Source of the DNA: Candidatus Iainarchaeum sp.
GTDB lineage: Archaea; Iainarchaeota; Iainarchaeia; Iainarchaeales; GCA-2688035
DNA length: 9,129 bases
Direction of reading: 5' to 3'
Assembly: GCA_028713935.1 (NCBI GenBank)
Contig: JAQTNI010000048.1
Coordinates: 1 to 9,129, forward strand
Part shown: positions 1-4,888 of the stretch, piece after piece
Layout: the number at the start of each line of letters is the position of its first letter
Position numbering within the stretch: position 1 is the stretch's first letter
Made by a program: the position numbers and the translations under genes
Notes under the pieces: generated by a model
Seen by the model: the letters and a program-made list of their open reading frames with translations, nothing else
Database searches by the model: none
What the model was told of the DNA's origin: nothing

Positions 1-2
1 TT

Positions 3-140
3 GAAGAAAGGTTTCAGTTTCCTCTTCCCACTCTGGAAGAGATAAGGATTGCAAGAAGGCTTGTAAAAAGCAATCCAGAAGATTTGGATGACGAAAGCAT
101 CCGGATTCTCAACGAATTCTGTGGAAGTGGTTCCGAATGA
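3..140 (+). CDS. 3' end of an unidentified CDS (partial, continues upstream of the window)
   Basis: Frame 3 is open from the window edge and reads EERFQFPLPTLEEIRIARRLVKSNPEDLDDESIRILNEFCGSGSE*. Its TGA (138-140) overlaps the ATG at 137 (ATGA junction), typical of coupled genes. No family recognised. The antisense 14..232 ORF is treated as a shadow ORF. Confidence 0.35.
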   Translation, partial: EERFQFPLPTLEEIRIARRLVKSNPEDLDDESIRILNEFCGSGSE

Positions 141-1408
141 ACCACTTTCTCATTCAGCGGAAATCTGCTCTCGAAGCAAATATTAAAAATGAAAACCAAG
201 ATTTTAGCATGGAACAATATAAAGAGATTCATATTTGGGACTTTCCCCCAACAAAAACTTGCTTGAGAATTAAAGAAGATTTCAGAAGACAGTTAATAAG
301 GCGAGCCATAACTTGTTTTGGCTCTTGGCGCAGAACAATTGGATACATCAATACTCAAAGTAAAATTTATGGGCTCGAAAGAAAACTTAGCGTTGGAGCA
401 ATTTCACACTGGGCCAGAGGAATTGAAACAACAAGCAGAAAAACAAGAAATATCCCTCTCTGGGCAGTTTTAGAAATTTCAAAAGTATTATCGGAAGACC
501 AGAGAAACAACAACGACCTTATGAAAGAAATTGAAGAAAATTTAGAATATTTTTGTGCGCAGGGAAAAGGCATTTCAGTAAAAACAAAATTTCCCATGCG
601 TTTAACTCCCGAAGTGATCTCTGTTATCTTCCATCTTTGTGGAGACGGGCATTTGGCAAACAAAGACCAAATGTCACATTATCGTCAAGTAAACAAAATC
701 GGGTTGGAAAACTTTGTAACCAAACTTAGAAACAGTTTTGGAGATTTTTACATAAATGAGAACGATTTAAACAATGCAAAAGCAGGCATTCCCAGAATAA
801 TTGCAGAGTTTTACAGGCATTATTTCAAACTGAACTCTTGCTATTGGGATGTAGCCAGAATTCCAGAAGAAGTAAAAAACATGCCAAAAGATTTTTTGGT
901 TGCTGGCTTAACCTCTTTTATAATTGATGAAGGGCATATAGGAGACCAAATTGAGATTTATTCGGGCAATAAAAAATTACTGAGTGATATTCAGGAAATT
1001 GCACAAAGATTAGAGTACATTTGTAATGATCCAAAAGAAAAAATTGCAAGAGGGCGGATTAATGGATACAGAATCAATATTTCCCCAAAAAGTGCCATTA
1101 AACTCTATGAAGATATTTTGGTGCTTAAAAAAAAGTTCCCGACTTGTGACTTGGCACATAAAATGCAAAAATTAGAAAATATTGTAAAAATAAAGACAAG
1201 GATATTTCGGAAGCATGGCCTTAATGAAACCAAAAAATTTATTTTGGAACTATTATCTCGGACTCCAATGACAGCAACTGAACTTTCAGAGAAACTGACC
1301 ATTAATGCAAGCTCTTTAAGAGACCACTTACGCCAGTTGGAAGAACAAGGCACTATTTTTAAAAAAGAAAAATTAAAACACTCAATTCTGTGGGGTAAAA
1401 TCGCGTAA
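137..1408 (+). CDS. Free-standing double-LAGLIDADG-like (homing-endonuclease fold) protein with a C-terminal ArsR/TrmB-like winged-helix domain and a possible N-terminal HTH
   Basis: 423-aa ORF. Motif 1 is VIFHLCGDGHL (aa 163-173, nt 623-655). Motif 2 is FLVAGLTSFIIDEGHIG (aa 253-269, nt 893-943). The two motifs lie about 95 aa apart, the usual spacing in single-chain LAGLIDADG enzymes, and both keep the acidic residue before Gly (D170, E265). The C-terminus KKFILELLSRTPMTATELSEKLTINASSLRDHLRQLEEQGTIF (about nt 1229-1372) looks like a wHTH. aa 84-118 (SVGAISHWARG...IPLWAVLEISKVL) is HTH-like. The start could instead be M25 (nt 209). Confidence 0.6.
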   Translation: MNHFLIQRKSALEANIKNENQDFSMEQYKEIHIWDFPPTKTCLRIKEDFRRQLIRRAITCFGSWRRTIGYINTQSKIYGLERKLSVGAISHWARGIETTSRKTRNIPLWAVLEISKVLSEDQRNNNDLMKEIEENLEYFCAQGKGISVKTKFPMRLTPEVISVIFHLCGDGHLANKDQMSHYRQVNKIGLENFVTKLRNSFGDFYINENDLNNAKAGIPRIIAEFYRHYFKLNSCYWDVARIPEEVKNMPKDFLVAGLTSFIIDEGHIGDQIEIYSGNKKLLSDIQEIAQRLEYICNDPKEKIARGRINGYRINISPKSAIKLYEDILVLKKKFPTCDLAHKMQKLENIVKIKTRIFRKHGLNETKKFILELLSRTPMTATELSEKLTINASSLRDHLRQLEEQGTIFKKEKLKHSILWGKIA

Positions 1409-2623
1409 AGTTTTTTGATGGAACAAAGTATCAAAAAGCACACTTTGTTTAACCCAAAACTTGATTGGAACCTTGAGCTTTCTTTTAAGATATTCCAGAA
1501 CCATGCCTGATTCATAAAAAATAAGTGGCTTTTTAGAAAATGCTTCCCTGACTGTTTGCCGAATTAACCATACTCCGAGCGGTTGGCTGTAGCCCTGCCC
1601 AATTTCCCTGAAAACAACTGCGCTTGCCTGCTTTTTTTCTTTTGCAAGGTGTTCAAGGACTCCGAGGCGTGCAGAATAATATGCGCCAGTAATGTTGCTT
1701 GCGTATGTTTTTCGTCCATTGTAAAACTCGTGGTCCTGGACAATGTGGAATTTTTTTGCTTTTTCAGTCCAAACCCCTCCTGGAAGCCAGCATTCAAGGT
1801 TTTCAAAAGACCATGCTGAAGGAATAAGCAAAACCCAGAAGTCATTGTCAAGGTAATTGCTGTGAAACAACTGGAATTCGGAAATTTTTGGAAATTCTTT
1901 TATTTTTTCAATCAAATCCTTTCCAAGATTATCATCAATTGCAGTAATCGCGAACCTGGTAGGGACAAGGCGCCTGTTTTTTTTCACTCCAAGCACTCCT
2001 GCTGAAAGCAGCTTGTAAATTGTTGAAACTGCAAATCCTGAAGAATAAAGCTCCTGCATTGCAACAGTGCTTTTTGCATCAATATCGGAAACAAGGTAAT
2101 CAATTTTTTGCGGAATGCTTGGATTTGAAATCATGGAAAATTTTTCAAGCTCCCCAATCGGCCCTATGGGCGCAATGCTTTCATGAAAAGAAAGCCTTGG
2201 AATCGGCCTGTGCTTCAATTCCACTTCCAAATCGACTGGCTTGATTGACATTGCGATTTCCTGCAGGGCACCCAATTCCCTTGAAGGATTTGCGGCTTCT
2301 TCAACGGAAATTCTTGAATTGCTCTGGATTAATTGTTCGCGCATTGAAACGATTTTTTCAAGCCGCATTCCAAACCATTGCTCGGGAGCATCAAAAAAAA
2401 AGTTTTTTTCATCAATAACAGGGGGCGCAAGCGGCGCAATTGAAACATTTGGATAATTTTTCCAGGAAACAAAAATGCTTGGAGGGCTGCTCCCTGAAAA
2501 TTCTTTGCCGCTTATCTGCGCAGTGGTTTTCCGCAGTGAATTGTATTTTTCAAGAACAGGGCATTTTGAAAGCCCGCAGAGCAGCTTTCCCTTGCATCTT
2601 ATACATAAGGAACTGTTGAGCAT
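1382..2623 (-). CDS. nreA: Nre-family archaeal DNA repair protein (NreA-like; DUF650/DUF651 type)
   Basis: 413-aa ORF. The N-terminal Cys cluster LCIRCKGKLLCGLSKCPVLEKY and the roughly 410-aa size are as I recall for archaeal Nre proteins. The C-terminus ends HQKTLRDFTPQN*, a PIP-like box. Assigned from memory of the family, not by search. Confidence 0.72.
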   Translation of the reverse strand: MLNSSLCIRCKGKLLCGLSKCPVLEKYNSLRKTTAQISGKEFSGSSPPSIFVSWKNYPNVSIAPLAPPVIDEKNFFFDAPEQWFGMRLEKIVSMREQLIQSNSRISVEEAANPSRELGALQEIAMSIKPVDLEVELKHRPIPRLSFHESIAPIGPIGELEKFSMISNPSIPQKIDYLVSDIDAKSTVAMQELYSSGFAVSTIYKLLSAGVLGVKKNRRLVPTRFAITAIDDNLGKDLIEKIKEFPKISEFQLFHSNYLDNDFWVLLIPSAWSFENLECWLPGGVWTEKAKKFHIVQDHEFYNGRKTYASNITGAYYSARLGVLEHLAKEKKQASAVVFREIGQGYSQPLGVWLIRQTVREAFSKKPLIFYESGMVLEYLKRKLKVPIKFWVKQSVLFDTLFHQKTLRDFTPQN

Positions 2624-2644
2624 GAAAAAATTGTGCTTGGAAGG

Positions 2645-2654
2645 AAATTAATTT
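2645..2654 (-). promoter_or_regulatory. Putative TATA-like box for nreA (palindromic AAATTAATTT)
   Basis: A/T-only palindrome centred about 27 nt upstream of the nreA ATG (2623-2621). This spacing fits an archaeal leaderless or short-leader transcript. Confidence 0.3.
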
Positions 2655-2674
2655 GTTTGCAGTTGGCATTTCCG

Positions 2675-2794
2675 CTAAACTTTTTCCCAACTGTCATCTT
2701 GTTTGTTATCCCACAATTCTTTCATTTTGTTTTTCTGAATTTTTTTAAGAAATTCAGCATCTTCTTTTTCCGAATTTATTGGTTTACGGACCAT
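2675..2794 (-). CDS. Hypothetical small ORF (39 aa), highly charged
   Basis: Not in the supplied track. ATG (complement of 2792-2794) to TAG (complement of 2675-2677) reads MVRKPINSEKEDAEFLKKIQKNKMKELWDNKQDDSWEKV*. It has the same orientation as nreA, 51 nt upstream. No recognisable family and no clear RBS. Confidence 0.2.
   Translation of the reverse strand: MVRKPINSEKEDAEFLKKIQKNKMKELWDNKQDDSWEKV
2735..2757. repeat. 8-bp inverted repeat CTGAATTT-N7-AAATTCAG in the nreA/thrS divergent region
   Basis: Read directly: 2735-2742 is the exact reverse complement of 2750-2757. Confidence 0.6.
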
Positions 2795-2850
2795 ACTAAC
2801 AAATAAGGGCATTTGAATTTTAATTTTATTTCCAAGCGGAAAATAGCCGA

Positions 2851-2858
2851 ATTTTTAA
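2851..2858 (+). promoter_or_regulatory. Putative TATA-like box for thrS (ATTTTTAA)
   Basis: A/T-rich octamer 23-30 nt upstream of the thrS ATG at 2881. An in-frame TAA at 2875-2877 rules out an N-terminal extension of the ORF. Confidence 0.3.
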
Positions 2859-2880
2859 TTCTTTGGTAAAATAATAAATT

Positions 2881-4614
2881 ATGGTTTATATGGGCAACTG
2901 GGATTCTTCTGAATACAGGGAAAAATTCTGGCATTCTTCAAGCCACTTGCTAGCTTCAGCTGTAAAAGAATTGTTTCCAAAGGCAAAATTTGCAATCGGG
3001 CCTGCGATTGAAGAGGGGTTTTATTATGATTTTGACATTGAAAACCCTTTCACGCCGGCTGATTTTGAAAAGCTTGAAAAGAAAATGATTGAAATTGCCG
3101 CAAAAAAAGAAAAATTTTTGAAAAAAGAGGTTTCAAAAAAAGACGCATTGCAATTGTTCAAAAACCAGCCTTACAAAATTGAATTGATTAATGATTTAGA
3201 AGAGGGAAAAATTTCTGTTTTTACAAATGGGAATTTCAGTGATTTGTGCAAAGGCCCGCATCTGGAAAGCACAGAACCTATAAAAGCTGTAAAGCTGCTG
3301 CGCAGTTCAGGTGCTTATTGGAAAGGCAGCGAGAAAAACAAGATGCTGCAAAGAATTTACGGAATTTCTTTTCCCGAAAAAAAAATGCTTGAAGAATGGC
3401 TTGCAAAAAAAGAAGAAGCTGAAAAAAGAAGCCACATAAAGCTGGGAAAAGAGCTTGACCTTTTTTCATTCCAAAAAGAAGCCCCTGGAGCAGCGTTTTA
3501 CCACAATAATTCAACGCAAATCTGGACAGAGCTCACTGATTACCTGCGCAGGGAGCAGAGAAAACTGGGTTACCTTGAAGTGATTACCCCGCTCATTATG
3601 AAAGATTCCTTGTGGAAACAATCAGGCCACTGGGACCATTACAAGGAAAACATGTATTTTTTAAAAATTGACGGTGAAGATTACGCAGTAAAGCCAATGA
3701 ACTGCCCTGGCCACATTTTGATTTACAAAAATTCGCGCAAGTCCTACAGGGAACTTCCTGTTAAAATGAGCGAATTCGGAATAGTGCACAGGCATGAAAA
3801 AAGCGGTGTTCTGAATGGCCTGTTCAGGGTTAGAAAATTCACTCAGGACGATGCGCACTTGTTCTGCACTCCCGAACAAATAAAGCCGGTTATAAAAGAA
3901 ACAATCCAGCTTATTGGCAGAATTTACAAGACCTGCGGATTTTCCGAATATCACATAGAATTGTCAACAAGGCCTGAAAATTCAATGGGTTCCAAAGAAC
4001 AATGGGACAAGGCGGAACAGGCGCTTAAAGAAGCCCTTGAAGAAACAAAATCGCAATACAAATTGAATCCTGGCGACGGAACATTTTATGGCCCGAAAAT
4101 TGATTTTCACATAAAAGATTCTCTGGGAAGAACCTGGCAATGCGGAACAATCCAGCTTGATTTCCAGATGCCCCAAAAATTTGAACTGGAGTATATTGGT
4201 TCTGATGACAAGCCTCACACTCCTGTAATGGTGCACCGCGCCTTGTACGGAAGCCTTGACAGGTTTCTTGCAATATTAACAGAACACTTTGGAGGCGCTT
4301 TTCCTTTGTGGCTTGCCCCTGTGCAAATAAAAATTCTTGCAATTGCAGACAGGCATGCCCCTTACGCAGAAAAAATTGCAAAAGAAATGCAGGGCAAAAA
4401 CCTGCGAGTAAAAATAAATTTAGAACAGGAAACAATTTCCGCAAAAGTCAGGCAGGCAGAGCTTGAAAAAGTTCCCCTGATTTTGGTTGTTGGGGACAGG
4501 GAAGAAAAAGAAAACACTGTGGCAGTCAGGAAAAGAGGAAGCAACAAAACAGAGACAAAAAAAACAATTGATTTTATTGAAGAAACATTAAAAGAAATTG
4601 AAGACAAAAAATAA
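2881..4614 (+). CDS. thrS: Threonine--tRNA ligase, bacterial type (N2 editing domain + class II catalytic core + anticodon-binding domain), lacking the N-terminal TGS domain
   Basis: The 577-aa ORF is collinear by eye with E. coli ThrRS from about residue 65 onward. Editing motifs are HSSSH (nt 2932-2946) and DLCKGPH (Cys codon 3247-3249). The Zn site is PMNCPGH. Class II motif 2 is FRVRKFTQDDAHLFC and motif 3 region is GTFYGPKIDF ... HRALYGSLDRFLAILTEHFGGAFPLWLAPVQ. The C-terminal domain is anticodon-binding-like. Confidence 0.96.
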   Translation: MVYMGNWDSSEYREKFWHSSSHLLASAVKELFPKAKFAIGPAIEEGFYYDFDIENPFTPADFEKLEKKMIEIAAKKEKFLKKEVSKKDALQLFKNQPYKIELINDLEEGKISVFTNGNFSDLCKGPHLESTEPIKAVKLLRSSGAYWKGSEKNKMLQRIYGISFPEKKMLEEWLAKKEEAEKRSHIKLGKELDLFSFQKEAPGAAFYHNNSTQIWTELTDYLRREQRKLGYLEVITPLIMKDSLWKQSGHWDHYKENMYFLKIDGEDYAVKPMNCPGHILIYKNSRKSYRELPVKMSEFGIVHRHEKSGVLNGLFRVRKFTQDDAHLFCTPEQIKPVIKETIQLIGRIYKTCGFSEYHIELSTRPENSMGSKEQWDKAEQALKEALEETKSQYKLNPGDGTFYGPKIDFHIKDSLGRTWQCGTIQLDFQMPQKFELEYIGSDDKPHTPVMVHRALYGSLDRFLAILTEHFGGAFPLWLAPVQIKILAIADRHAPYAEKIAKEMQGKNLRVKINLEQETISAKVRQAELEKVPLILVVGDREEKENTVAVRKRGSNKTETKKTIDFIEETLKEIEDKK

Positions 4615-4615
4615 G

Positions 4616-4635
4616 TTTTTGGTTTGCGCTATTTT
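4616..4635 (+). terminator. Possible oligo-T archaeal termination signal after thrS
   Basis: A T5 run (4616-4620) sits immediately after the TAA (4612-4614), followed by GGTTTGCGCTATTTT. Archaeal RNAP terminates at T-tracts. Sequence-only guess. Confidence 0.3.
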
Positions 4636-4652
4636 GGAATGCATAACTACAT

Positions 4653-4766
4653 AAAATGCGGGTATTGCTGTTTATCAAAAGTTTATGGTTCTTTCTTTTG
4701 AGCACACGACATCAAGCAGAGAAACATTGAAATAATATTGACTGCTTGATATCGTGCCCGCATTTT
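4653..4766. repeat. Nested (compound) inverted repeat: 10-bp outer arms plus 15-bp inner arms
   Basis: Outer arms: AAAATGCGGG (4653-4662) is the exact reverse complement of CCCGCATTTT (4757-4766). Inner arms: CACGACATCAAGCAG (4705-4719) versus CTGCTTGATATCGTG (4742-4756), 14/15 complementary. The one exception is C4710/A4751, which would be a G-U wobble in a minus-strand RNA. The inner loop is 22 nt. The right arms are contiguous, while the left arms are separated by 42 nt. Confidence 0.7.
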
Positions 4767-4775
4767 TCTTTTCTC

Positions 4776-4832
4776 CATGCAAAGCAAGGCTTTGCGTGGC
4801 ATCGCAAAACTTTTGTTTTGCAATGTGCAAAG
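4776..4832. promoter_or_regulatory. Cluster of GCAAA/TTTGC palindromes and hairpins directly upstream of the pilus-operon promoter
   Basis: CATGCAAAGC-aag-GCTTTGCGTG (4776-4798) forms a 10-bp stem with one T-G. GCAAAAC-tttt-GTTTTGC spans 4804-4821. TTGCA-atg-TGCAA overlaps the latter, and TGCAAAG recurs at 4825-4831. Neighbouring segments are mutually complementary, so alternative pairings are possible. Confidence 0.5.
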
Positions 4833-4840
4833 AAAGAAAA

Positions 4841-4858
4841 GTGCGGAAAGTTTATATT
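4841..4858 (+). promoter_or_regulatory. Putative archaeal BRE/TATA promoter of the pilus operon
   Basis: GTGCGGAAAG (purine-rich, BRE-like) is followed by TTTATATT (4851-4858). The TATA box lies 31-38 nt upstream of the ATG at 4889, predicting a very short or absent leader. Confidence 0.5.
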
Positions 4859-4888
4859 ATTGGAAATCATTATTACTTCTGATTATTA

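Noticed and set aside
2393-2409. Homopolymer runs as possible frameshift or phase-variation sites. These include A9-G-T7 in nreA, A9 in thrS near 3379, A8 near 4556 and A8 in the ATPase gene near 6323.
   Set aside because: All host ORFs are intact across these runs with family motifs on both sides. Such runs are expected in Lys/Phe-rich proteins of an AT-rich genome.
2881-2892. Possibility that thrS is 5'-truncated by an assembly error or is a pseudogene
   Set aside because: An in-frame stop lies immediately upstream, a plausible promoter is at the correct distance, and every downstream catalytic and editing motif is intact. A naturally TGS-less enzyme is the simpler reading.
4653-4766. Definite MITE call for the nested inverted repeat
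   Set aside because: No target-site duplication flanks the 10-bp terminal repeats (left flank ...CTACAT, right flank TCTTTT...). Only one copy is visible in the window. It is kept as one hypothesis in the findings, not as a mobile_element feature.
4650-4770. Possible tRNA or split/intron-containing tRNA suggested by GCGGG...CCCGC pairing
   Set aside because: There is no T-loop (GTTCRAnnC), no D-loop or anticodon-arm geometry. The 15-bp inner stem is incompatible with a cloverleaf.
4683-4778. 31-aa minus-strand sORF MEKRKMRARYQAVNIISMFLCLMSCAQKKEP with a lipobox-like LMSC. Also a 20-aa plus-strand sORF at 4639..4701.
   Set aside because: Both are built largely from the inverted-repeat arms, have no RBS or promoter context, and are very short. 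They are more likely by-products of the palindromes.
4615-4888. C/D-box or H/ACA sRNA, SRP RNA or RNase P RNA in the long intergenic region
   Set aside because: No RUGAUGA C-box paired with a CUGA D-box at sensible spacing was found. There are no conserved SRP or RNase P helices that I can recognise, and the region is too short for RNase P.
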